A DNA stretch of 64,000 nucleotides, from assembly GCA_963696385.1 (NCBI GenBank), contig CAVOKF010000006.1:453387-517386 (forward strand), given 5' to 3'. This DNA comes from an uncultured delta proteobacterium. GTDB taxonomy: Bacteria > Myxococcota_A > Polyangia > Polyangiales > Polyangiaceae. The translations under genes and the position numbers were made by a program. Positions within the stretch are counted from its first letter, which is position 1; each line of letters begins with the position of its first letter. Positions 19,502 through 28,284 of the stretch are shown piece by piece. The notes beneath the pieces were generated by a model, which saw only the letters and a program-made list of their open reading frames with translations, was not told where the DNA came from and searched no databases.

Positions 19502-20664
19502 TGCGCGACTCGACAGAAGCTGACGCGACGGAATTGGCGCGTGCGGTCGAGCTCCGTCGCAAGCTCGGTGGCCTCGACCATCGGCTGGAAGTGTCGCCCA
19601 AGCCCGTGCCGCTCGGGCAGCGATGTCTCCTCGACCGACCGGTGCAATACGACGGATCGATCCGCGCTCGTCCGAAGTATTTCTTCGAGCAGCCGTCGTT
19701 GAACGTCGTACGGCATCCAGTCCGGCGCATCGAGCAACGTGTAGTGCGTCCACGTTGCCGGCCCCGCCGCGCCGAGAACATCGAAAATGTTCTTGTGATG
19801 GAAGCGAACGGCGGTCTCCGCTCCCCGCGAGGTCGCGTGATGGTCGCGGCGCAAGAAGGGCGGCACGGCGTCGGGCCGCGAATGATTGAAATGGCCCGCG
19901 ATGGCGGACCAGGCAAACCAGTTTCGCTCCAGATCGGTTTCCGCCACTCGCCCGAGATGCATGAGCAAGAACTCGACGATGTCGTTCAGGCCTTCGGCCC
20001 GCAACATGCGCTCGCACTGCGCATGGTTCACCCCGATCGCGACGAGGTTGAGCGGCGACCGCAACAGCGCGGAGACCCACGGCGTCCGAAAAATCGGACC
20101 GAATTGCTCCGCGACGCGGACCTGGCGTTGCGCGACGGGTGTTGCGATGAGCGACCGCAGCCAGGCGGCATCGACCTTCGCCAGCCTCCGCAGCCCGGCG
20201 AACAACCGCGCCGTCAGTCCACGCGCGTGGAAGGAGTGCTCGAAGACCTGGTGATTGCTGCGCCAGTAGCGCTGAATCCAGCTCGGCAGCTGCCGGGTGA
20301 GGCGACCGACGATCCGTGCCGGGTCGTGATGGGTCCCGTGTCCCCACAGCCCGTAGAACTCCTCATAGCTCTCGAGCTTGCTCGCGGCCGTCGTCTTGAG
20401 GGCCGTGATCGCCAGATGGGTTCCGTTGATGTCGACCGCGTCGATGCTGCGCGGCCGGCGGCTCAGATGATTGGCGATGCCGCAGCCGGCACCCGAGATG
20501 CCCAGCACGCGCGAATCGGGACCGACACCGAGAAAGCGCTCGTCGACCTCGGTGTCCTCGAACAGCATGTTGTAGACGAACAGGCGTTTGAACAACTGCT
20601 GGAAGGCACGGTCGGACACTCGCATCGGCGGAGACGCAGTCGAGGCGAATTGTGTGTCAATCAT
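19498..20664 (-). CDS. btaA: SAM:diacylglycerol 3-amino-3-carboxypropyl transferase BtaA (DUF3419)
   Basis: FVYNMLFEDTEVD, ISGAGC, AVDINGTHLA, NWFAW, LLDAPDWM and DRT motifs. Coupled to a btaB-like gene. Confidence 0.8.
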   Translation of the reverse strand: MIDTQFASTASPPMRVSDRAFQQLFKRLFVYNMLFEDTEVDERFLGVGPDSRVLGISGAGCGIANHLSRRPRSIDAVDINGTHLAITALKTTAASKLESYEEFYGLWGHGTHHDPARIVGRLTRQLPSWIQRYWRSNHQVFEHSFHARGLTARLFAGLRRLAKVDAAWLRSLIATPVAQRQVRVAEQFGPIFRTPWVSALLRSPLNLVAIGVNHAQCERMLRAEGLNDIVEFLLMHLGRVAETDLERNWFAWSAIAGHFNHSRPDAVPPFLRRDHHATSRGAETAVRFHHKNIFDVLGAAGPATWTHYTLLDAPDWMPYDVQRRLLEEILRTSADRSVVLHRSVEETSLPERHGLGRHFQPMVEATELATELDRTRQFRRVSFCRVAH

Positions 20665-20734
20665 GTGACACTGCGGGGCCTCGCAGGTGAAACACACGAC
20701 GCGACGATCGAATGGACGTCCTGGTAGATCCGGA

Positions 20735-20785
20735 TCGCGTTCGAGGTCGCGTCGCGTTCGAGGTCGCGTCGCGTTCGAGGTCGCG
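20735..20785. repeat. Perfect 17-bp tandem repeat x3 (TCGCGTTCGAGGTCGCG)
   Basis: Three exact consecutive copies in the kinase-btaA intergenic region. Confidence 0.92.
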
Positions 20786-20830
20786 GTTAGCCCGCGAGGG
20801 CTATCGCCCGCCGCCGCGCGGAGATCCGCC

Positions 20831-22609
20831 TCAGGGCCACGGATTGTCGCGTTCGAGACTGACCTTCGGCTTGGTGGTCGGAGAGCGGAAGACGTTCGGG
20901 GCCTCGGTCGCGCTCGGGGCGGCTGCGGCCCCCGATGCATCGACGGAAGCCGTGGGCGGCTCGGTGGCGACGGGCGGGTGCGCGCCCGGTGCCGCGCGCG
21001 TGGCTTCGTGGCGACCCGCGCCCGGCAAGGACGCGGACCCGGCATGAAGGCTCTCGGACCTGCGGGCCACTCCGCTGGCGTTCGGCGGCTCCGCCGATGG
21101 GGTCGCCGCGACGGGCGGAGACACCAGCGTGGCGGCGGCCGTGGCCCCGGGGGCCGAAACGGCAGCGGTCATCGCGCCCGGGGCCGCGGGGCGGGCCGCT
21201 CCGGCCGCGGCCTGGGTTGGGGCGTGAGGTTCCGGCGCGCCCGAATTGGCAGGGTGCGAGGACATGGCGCGCGTGCCCAGGACCGCGATACCCGCGATGG
21301 CCGTCGCGCCCAGCAGCCCCACGGTCGCCATCCGGGCTCGTGATCGAAGCTCGATCCTCCGAGCGTCGGTCGTGCGGGGCACGTCGTCCGTTACGCCGGT
21401 CAGCCCCGTCTTGCTCGACCTTTCGGACCGAGGGGGCTCCACGGCTGCGGCGGCGGCGCCGTCCGAGGCGCCCGGGGGGTCGAGTGTCGACCAATCCTCC
21501 TGGAATGCGGAGTCCGTCCCTCGAGGCGGGTGAACGGTGGGCAGACTCAGCGACGGTGGCGTCGGACGCCCGCTCTCCATGGCTCGGAACTGCGCTTCGA
21601 TCACGTTCCGGACGCGCTTTCGATCCTCGGAAAACACCGACGAGAGCATCGTGCCCAGGTCGCGAAGCGATGCCGACTCGATCTTGGCCAACACGCCGTC
21701 GAGAGCGCCACGCATCTCGGCGGCGGTCTGAAATCGGTCTTCCGGTTTGGGGGCGAGGGCTTTCAGGACGATGTCGTCGATCTCCGCGGGAAACCCCAAC
21801 GCGGCCGCGTCGGTGCGCTCGGGCATTTCTCCGGACGCGACGCGCGTAAATACCGCGGCGTCCGAGAGTCCGGCGGGCCAGCGCCTCCGGCCAGTCAAGG
21901 CCTCCCAGAGCATGACCCCGACCGCGTAGAGGTCCGCCCGAGCGTCAATCTTGTCGCACATGGCTTGCTCGGGTGCCATGTACGTGAGCTTGCCCTTGAT
22001 CACTCCGGTCGCTGTCTGGACCGAGGACGTCGCCGCCTTGGCGATCCCGAAGTCGAGCAACTTCACCTGACCGTCGTACGTGACGAAGATGTTGTGCGGC
22101 GTCACGTCGCGGTGGACGATGTCCAATCTCTTGCCGTCGTAATCTTGTAACTCGTGGGCGTAGCGAAGGCCCTCGAGCACTTCGCTCAGGATCCGCGCGC
22201 GGATCGGGAACGGGAAGGGGACGCCGGTCTTGGTCAGTCGCTGCACAGCCGTGTAGAGCGACACGCCGTCCAGGTACTCCATCGCCATCAAATACTGGCC
22301 GTCGTCGACCCCGACGTCGTACGTCTGCACGATGTTCGGGTGATTGAGGCGCGCACAGAGCCGCGCCTCGTCGAGAAACATCTGAATCAGGTCGGGGTCG
22401 CTCGCGTATTGGGGTCGTATGAGCTTTACGACAGCCAGCTTTCGGAAGCCGGATGACCCCAGGGCGACAGCCAGGTACACAGTGGCCATTCCGCCCTGTC
22501 CCAGCTCCGCGATGAGGCGATATTTGCCCGCGAGATCCACCGATCCTCCGAGGGTTTTTCCGCTCGGCTCCAACAAAGACTCATAGCACTCCGAGGGGGG
22601 CCTAGCCAT
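20831..22609 (-). CDS. Hanks-type Ser/Thr protein kinase with TM helix and Pro/Ala-rich extracytoplasmic tail
   Basis: LGQGGMATVY, HRDVTPHN, DFGIAK and YMAPE motifs, TM MATVGLLGATAIAGIAVL, ends ...LERDNPWP. Confidence 0.95.
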   Translation of the reverse strand: MARPPSECYESLLEPSGKTLGGSVDLAGKYRLIAELGQGGMATVYLAVALGSSGFRKLAVVKLIRPQYASDPDLIQMFLDEARLCARLNHPNIVQTYDVGVDDGQYLMAMEYLDGVSLYTAVQRLTKTGVPFPFPIRARILSEVLEGLRYAHELQDYDGKRLDIVHRDVTPHNIFVTYDGQVKLLDFGIAKAATSSVQTATGVIKGKLTYMAPEQAMCDKIDARADLYAVGVMLWEALTGRRRWPAGLSDAAVFTRVASGEMPERTDAAALGFPAEIDDIVLKALAPKPEDRFQTAAEMRGALDGVLAKIESASLRDLGTMLSSVFSEDRKRVRNVIEAQFRAMESGRPTPPSLSLPTVHPPRGTDSAFQEDWSTLDPPGASDGAAAAAVEPPRSERSSKTGLTGVTDDVPRTTDARRIELRSRARMATVGLLGATAIAGIAVLGTRAMSSHPANSGAPEPHAPTQAAAGAARPAAPGAMTAAVSAPGATAAATLVSPPVAATPSAEPPNASGVARRSESLHAGSASLPGAGRHEATRAAPGAHPPVATEPPTASVDASGAAAAPSATEAPNVFRSPTTKPKVSLERDNPWP

Positions 22610-23036
22610 CGCGTTTTCGAATGCGCCTCGCCCTCGAGCGGCGCCCGAATTTGTGTCGGCTTCTGTCGGCTCTGTCGGCGCGCCCGTCGTTCGGAGTTGT
22701 CTCGGATCGCTCGCGGATCGCTCGCGGGTCTCCGTCGTTTCCTACTCGTGAACCCGTCGCGGGGACTTACCCCCTTATTTCCCTACGCGTTGCCTTCGCG
22801 GCGCATCGGCGCGCACGTGGCAGGCCGCTGCCGAAAGCCGGAGAACGGCGGTGGCTCTGGGCGGAAGTAGGCAATGTTCGTACGGAATGATGCTTAGCCA
22901 AAAACCTTAACTCGGCTTCGAACGAGACCGTTTGACGTTGGAAGTGATTCTGGCGTTTCCGCTCGGTCGAATCGTTTTTGCGTGACAAGGCGATGAGCGC
23001 CACATAGTTTGAAAAACTTCTACGCATAAGGGACGA

Positions 23037-24065
23037 ATGAAAAAGAATCGACTCGCTGTTCGTGGCGCGGTTTTGACCGCGTGTGCAGGACTCCTCGGTG
23101 GCCTCCTCGCGTGCTCGGGTGACGACACCACGACGCCCGCGCCGACCCCGGACGCAGGAGCCGACGGCTCCCACACCGTCGCCGACGCCGGCGATGCGTC
23201 GACCGCCAACGAGGCCTCGACCTCGGACGGTTCATTGGCCGACGGGTCGGTCACGGACGCCGACTCCTCGACCGATGGTTCGACGGCGGAAGCCTCGGCG
23301 ACGGACGGTTCGACCGACGGTTCGTCGCACGATGGTTCGCATGATGGCTCATCGACGGACGGATCGTCGACCGATGGCTCCGTGACGGACGCCTCGTCGA
23401 CGGATGGCTCGTCGACCGATGGCTCTGCGACGGACGGGGAGTCCGATGCGTCGATGGGCAGCGACTCCGGAACGAACGACAGCGGCGATGGCGCGCTGGC
23501 CGATGCCGCCGCGGACGTCATGACCCCGCCACCGGCGCCGGTAGACCTGTGTCCGACGCTGCAGGCCATCTGGGGCAATCTCCCACTCAACCAAAATAGC
23601 AACTGGCCGGCCGAGATTTTGGTCGGCCCCCCGAGCACGCCAGGCGTAACGGGATTTGCGTATCAACAGGAATGTGCTCTCTACTATTTTCCCCCCGCAA
23701 CGATCGATTTTGGAAATTGGGTCAATCAAATGACCGCCTTCGAATATCAAATATTCGGATGCCCCGAGGACGATGCGGGAATCACCTTCGGCCTCATTCC
23801 GGCCGAGCTCCAAGGAACACTGCTCACGACGGCGCAGCTTGCGCTCATCGGAGACACGTTTGTCCAGTCGGTCTCTCAGGCGGTCGCCAATGAGAATGGA
23901 TTGCTCACGCCGGCCCAAAGCGCTGAAATTGCAGCCCAAGTCGCGTACGCAGAGACGACCTGGTCACCCCAAGTCAACTCGTCGGAGAACGATTTTTCGA
24001 ATTGCTCCGAGGCGGGGACCGAGGCCGGGGCCGAGGCCGGAACCGACGCGGGCGGCAGCGACTGA
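23037..24065 (+). CDS. Lipoprotein with (S/T)DG(S/T) low-complexity linker and helical C-terminal domain
   Basis: Lipobox LLAC, DGSST/DGSVT repeats, and a C-terminal domain with a truncated-globin-like pattern. Confidence 0.75.
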   Translation: MKKNRLAVRGAVLTACAGLLGGLLACSGDDTTTPAPTPDAGADGSHTVADAGDASTANEASTSDGSLADGSVTDADSSTDGSTAEASATDGSTDGSSHDGSHDGSSTDGSSTDGSVTDASSTDGSSTDGSATDGESDASMGSDSGTNDSGDGALADAAADVMTPPPAPVDLCPTLQAIWGNLPLNQNSNWPAEILVGPPSTPGVTGFAYQQECALYYFPPATIDFGNWVNQMTAFEYQIFGCPEDDAGITFGLIPAELQGTLLTTAQLALIGDTFVQSVSQAVANENGLLTPAQSAEIAAQVAYAETTWSPQVNSSENDFSNCSEAGTEAGAEAGTDAGGSD

Positions 24066-24071
24066 GCCCCG

Positions 24072-26051
24072 ATGGTCAAGGACGATAGCCGGTCCCGGGC
24101 GAAATACATCATTTCCTTTGCAGCCGCGGCCCTGTGCGGCGGCTGCTCGCTCTTGTTCCATGTCGATGCCGATCAGTGTTCGACGGCGGCCGATTGCGCC
24201 GCGCGCGGGCAGGCCTTCGCCGGCCTCGTTTGCGTGGCGGGGGAGTGCGTGTCTCCGGTGGGCGATGCCGGGTCCTCGGCGACGTCGTCGGCCTTGGAAT
24301 CGGGCGTCGACGCAAGCGCCGAAGCGAGCAGGGCTTCCGACGCCGGTGTCGAGGCGGGCATCGACGGAGCCGCCACCACCCCCGAGGCCGGGTCGGATGC
24401 GGGCGAGGCCCAACCGTGCACGACGTGGACCGATTGCACGCCCGCGAGCACGACGCACGTCGAAGTGGCCTGCAATCCCGACTCCCATACGTGCATTCAG
24501 CTCACGACCGACGAGTGCCCCTATGTGCTCCCCGCCGACATCTACATGGCACCGCAGGGCCAGGCCCCGATTTTCATGGGCGCTTTCGCCACATTTCCGG
24601 CCAACGCGCCGTTCAGTGATGCGACCTATCTCAATTATCAATTGGCGCTGAACGAGTTCCAGACCGCCGGGGGTATCAATGCAGGGTCGGGAGGGGCGCG
24701 CTGGCCCGCCGCGGTCGTCTGCGACGATTCGGCGGATCCGAACGTGATCATGACCCACCTCGTCAACGACGTTCACGTTCCGGCCGTCATCGCGGCGCTG
24801 CCCTCCGCCACGCTCAAGACGACCTTCTCGAACGTCGACCTCACGAACGTGCCCAACGCCCCGACGGTCTTCTTCATCAATCCCTTCGGTGCCGACGGAA
24901 CGCTCACGTCGTTGGACACTCAAGGCATGCTCTGGCACATGCTCGGCCAATCCAGCGACACGGCCCCGGCATACGCCGCATTCTTTCCGCTCGTGGAAGC
25001 GTACGTGCGCAACAACCCGAACAACATTCCAGCGTGGAACCAGTGGAATCTTTCGCCCGCGGCCTCGCTCAAGGACGCCGGCACGGATGCGGGCCCCGTG
25101 CCGATCCGCGTTGCGGGCGTCATTGCGCACGCCACGGTCACCGATCAGCTCGAAGAGGCCGTCGAAAGCGTTTTGACGTTCAATGGCGAGTCGGTCGCGG
25201 CCAACACGGCGGACGGCAACTACCAGGTGTGCGTCCTTCCGGCGTCCTCGCTCAACGGGGCCGACCCGACCAAGGTCGACGTCTCCGCATGCGTCAGCGC
25301 ATTGATGGCGTTTCAACCCAACGTCGTCATCTCGTACGCGAGCGAAGAATTCAGCACGATGTTTCAAACGTACGAAGTCGAAACGCAAGCGCAGTGGCAT
25401 CCGTTCTATTTGCTTGGCCCCTACAATTCCGAGTCGACGACCGTGCTTCAGTGGCTCAACGAAAACCAAGGGGTCGGTTCGGACCGGTTCGCTGGGATCA
25501 CCTTCGCCTCGACCAACGATCCCGCGTCCCTTGGTGTGTTCAACACGTACCAGACCGACTTCTTGGCTGCGGGCAACCCTCAGGCGGCACTCGGTGGCGA
25601 GAATTACTACGACTCGATGTATTTTGCCGTGTACTCGCTCGCCGGCGCCGGACGAGAGGCGCACCCGACGGGCCTCGACCTCGTGCCTGGAATGAGGAAT
25701 CTCGTCGACTTGTCGGGGACGCATCTCGACATGGGGCCGGCGGATATCGGCACAGTCGAAGCCCAAATCGCCCTCACGAATCAGCCCGTGAGTCTGATCG
25801 GCACGCTCGGCCCGCCCGACTTCAACCTGACCACGGGCGCGCGCATCAGTCAGGGCGATGTCTACTGCGCGCAGTTTGCCCCCACGCCCAGCCCCGGTTA
25901 CGCCTGGGTGCGCGACGTGTTGCGGCTGGCCGCTGACGGCGGATCCCCGGACGACGGCGGTGTCGCCGCCGACGCGAGCGTCGCGCCCGACGGCGCCACC
26001 GGCACGGTCGGTACCCTCCAAGGGAGCTTCCCGTGTTTTGGCGGCATGTAG
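24072..26051 (+). CDS. Lipoprotein with Cys-rich N-terminus and periplasmic-binding-protein (LivJ-like) domain
   Basis: Lipobox CGGC, LALNEFQTAGGI, VVCDD, HLVNDVHVPAVI and YYDSMYFAVYSL, a type I PBP pattern. Confidence 0.65.
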   Translation: MVKDDSRSRAKYIISFAAAALCGGCSLLFHVDADQCSTAADCAARGQAFAGLVCVAGECVSPVGDAGSSATSSALESGVDASAEASRASDAGVEAGIDGAATTPEAGSDAGEAQPCTTWTDCTPASTTHVEVACNPDSHTCIQLTTDECPYVLPADIYMAPQGQAPIFMGAFATFPANAPFSDATYLNYQLALNEFQTAGGINAGSGGARWPAAVVCDDSADPNVIMTHLVNDVHVPAVIAALPSATLKTTFSNVDLTNVPNAPTVFFINPFGADGTLTSLDTQGMLWHMLGQSSDTAPAYAAFFPLVEAYVRNNPNNIPAWNQWNLSPAASLKDAGTDAGPVPIRVAGVIAHATVTDQLEEAVESVLTFNGESVAANTADGNYQVCVLPASSLNGADPTKVDVSACVSALMAFQPNVVISYASEEFSTMFQTYEVETQAQWHPFYLLGPYNSESTTVLQWLNENQGVGSDRFAGITFASTNDPASLGVFNTYQTDFLAAGNPQAALGGENYYDSMYFAVYSLAGAGREAHPTGLDLVPGMRNLVDLSGTHLDMGPADIGTVEAQIALTNQPVSLIGTLGPPDFNLTTGARISQGDVYCAQFAPTPSPGYAWVRDVLRLAADGGSPDDGGVAADASVAPDGATGTVGTLQGSFPCFGGM

Positions 26052-27286
26052 GCGCGAGTCCCGGCGCGCGGGCCGGTGTCGTCGCGCTGTGCGGAATGGC
26101 GCTCCCGCAGTGCGGTGGCAGCCCCGAAACCCGTCCCGTCGGCCGTTCGTCTCAGGCCATTCTCGGCGGCACCGTCGTCGATGCGGCGCAGTCGCCGTTT
26201 CTCTACATCGAAGGGCCCGAGGGCGCTTGTACGGGCACGTTGATTGGGCCGGCGCTCGTCGCCACGGCGCGGCACTGCGTCGCGGAATTGAGCGAGGGCA
26301 CGTTTTCTTGCGACGCGTCGGGAAACCTGATCGGCGGGGGGATCGGCGGCCAGATCGGGATTGACAACTCGCCGGGGGCGATTTCGTTCTACCTGTCGTC
26401 CGAGGTCGTTGCGGGACAGCCGCTCGGCCCGCCGCAAGCGGTCGGCCTCCAGATCCTTTCGACCCAGACGCCTACGGTGTGCGCCGACGATCTGGCGTTC
26501 GTCGTGCTGAACCAAGGCATCCCGGGCATCGCGCCGGCGCCGATCCGGCTCGGCGGCACGCAGGTCGGCGAGACCGTCTCGGTCTGGGGCTACGGGCTGA
26601 CCGATCAGCCGGAGGCCCCGACCGAGCTGCGCGTGCGTGACGACGCGCAAATCGTGGGAGTGGGGCCTCCCGTCGCGACCACCACGACCCAGGCTGCGCC
26701 CCTGCGTGCGGTCCGGGTCGGTCCCGGGGCCGTCACGTGCAATGGCGACAGTGGGGGCCCTATGACGTCGGCTGCCACCGGCGCCGTCGTTGCCGTGGTA
26801 TCGCTCGGGGAGCAGGCCTCCACGGGGCCTTTCTGCAGCGACTCGACCGAGTCGGACACCACCGGCCCCCTGCTGGCCGACTACTCCGATCTCGTTCTGG
26901 CCGCCTTCCAAGCTGCCGGACAGACGCCGATTCTCGAAGCCGTGTCGGACGCCGCCTCGTCCGCGCCGGACGGCACGGCGGAGGCCGCACCCTCATCGGA
27001 TTCGGACGCGGATTCGGACGCCGCTCTGGAGTCCGAAGGCGATGCCGCTGACGACGCCGGGCCGTCCCTGCTCGAAGCCGGATCGCTGGTCTCTTCAGAA
27101 GCCGGTTCCTCCGTGGGGCCGTCCCCGGTCGGGCCGTCGGCGACCGACTCGACCGGTCCCTTCGCGTACGCGGTAAGCGGGGGTTCTTGTTCGATGGGAT
27201 CCAATGTTGGCGCGCGTTCGATTCCGCGCGGCCTGATGGCGTTGGCGGTTGGGGTGGCGGCCGTCGCCCGGAGGCGTAGACGATGA
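26033..27286 (+). CDS. Trypsin-like (S1) serine protease with MYXO-CTERM-like sorting tail
   Basis: QAILGG mature start, catalytic motifs ATARHC, DDLAFV and GDSGGP, and C-terminal GGSCSM...hydrophobic...RRRRR. Start uncertain. Confidence 0.88.
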   Translation: MFWRHVGASPGARAGVVALCGMALPQCGGSPETRPVGRSSQAILGGTVVDAAQSPFLYIEGPEGACTGTLIGPALVATARHCVAELSEGTFSCDASGNLIGGGIGGQIGIDNSPGAISFYLSSEVVAGQPLGPPQAVGLQILSTQTPTVCADDLAFVVLNQGIPGIAPAPIRLGGTQVGETVSVWGYGLTDQPEAPTELRVRDDAQIVGVGPPVATTTTQAAPLRAVRVGPGAVTCNGDSGGPMTSAATGAVVAVVSLGEQASTGPFCSDSTESDTTGPLLADYSDLVLAAFQAAGQTPILEAVSDAASSAPDGTAEAAPSSDSDADSDAALESEGDAADDAGPSLLEAGSLVSSEAGSSVGPSPVGPSATDSTGPFAYAVSGGSCSMGSNVGARSIPRGLMALAVGVAAVARRRRR

Positions 27287-28284
27287 TTCGATCGGCGTTT
27301 GGACATCCTATCCGGGTCTTCTCGGCGCTTTGCGTCGCGACGATGTTCGTCGGACCGAGGAGCGCGGGTGCCGCTCCACCCGCCGGCGGCGCCCCGCCCT
27401 CGCCGCCCCCGTCGTCATCGGCCCACGTGGCGACGCCCCCACCGGGCACCGAGAGCGGAGAAGAGGCGTCGGTGCGTTTCAAGCGCGGCTTGCAGCTCTT
27501 TGACGAAGGCGACTACACGTTGGCGCTGGTCGAGTTCGAGCGGGCCTACCAACTCGCCCCCAACTACCGTGCGCTCTACAACATCGCTCTGGTCAACATG
27601 CAACTCGGCCGGTACGCCGACGCCGTCCGCACGCTCGATCAATACTTGCACGACGGTGCCGCGGCGATCCCGGCCGATCGCCAAAAGGAAGTCGCCAAGT
27701 CGCTCGCGGAGCTCAAGCTCCGAACCGCGACGGTCGACGTCTCGACGAACGTGCCCGGTGCCGAGGTCACGTTGGACGGCAAACCCATCGAGGCCGGTTC
27801 CCTTCAGAAGCCGTTGCTCATCGACGCGGGGGAACACACGCTGCGCGCCACGGCAGCCGGATACCAGCCCGGGTATCGGACCGTCACGCTCGCCGGCGCG
27901 GACCGGGTCCGTGTCCGCCTGGATCTCGTCTCGCTGGCGCCGGTGGCCGTCGAACCGGTCGAGGAGCGCGGGCGCACCGTGTTCTGGCCCGGTTTTGCCG
28001 TCGCCGGAGGGTTTGCGGCGGGCGCCGTCGCGAGCGGCATCGTGATGCTGGTGGCGAAATCGCACTACGACTCGGTCGAAAACCAGGTCGGATCGAGCTT
28101 GGCCGCGCGGACGAGCGCCGCGAACGCGGTGAATTCGGCGGGGCTGGTGGCCGACGTCCTGACGGGACTGACGGTCGTGACCGGAGGCGTCTCTTTGGTC
28201 TTGTCGCTCCGCGTCGATCATTCTGCCAAGACGCCCCCGGCCGGCACCGGGTCGCAACAGGTCGTGCTTTCCGGTACATTTTGA
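27283..28284 (+). CDS. TPR + PEGA domain protein with C-terminal hydrophobic hairpin
   Basis: TPR (FKRGLQLFDEGDYTLALVEFERAY...LYNIA), PEGA (TNVPGAEVTLDG...GEHTLRA), two hydrophobic segments, ends VVLSGTF. Confidence 0.85.
   Translation: MIRSAFGHPIRVFSALCVATMFVGPRSAGAAPPAGGAPPSPPPSSSAHVATPPPGTESGEEASVRFKRGLQLFDEGDYTLALVEFERAYQLAPNYRALYNIALVNMQLGRYADAVRTLDQYLHDGAAAIPADRQKEVAKSLAELKLRTATVDVSTNVPGAEVTLDGKPIEAGSLQKPLLIDAGEHTLRATAAGYQPGYRTVTLAGADRVRVRLDLVSLAPVAVEPVEERGRTVFWPGFAVAGGFAAGAVASGIVMLVAKSHYDSVENQVGSSLAARTSAANAVNSAGLVADVLTGLTVVTGGVSLVLSLRVDHSAKTPPAGTGSQQVVLSGTF

Noticed and set aside
20735..20785. Pho box upstream of btaA
   Set aside because: The period is 17 bp, not 11, and the unit does not resemble CTGTCAT.
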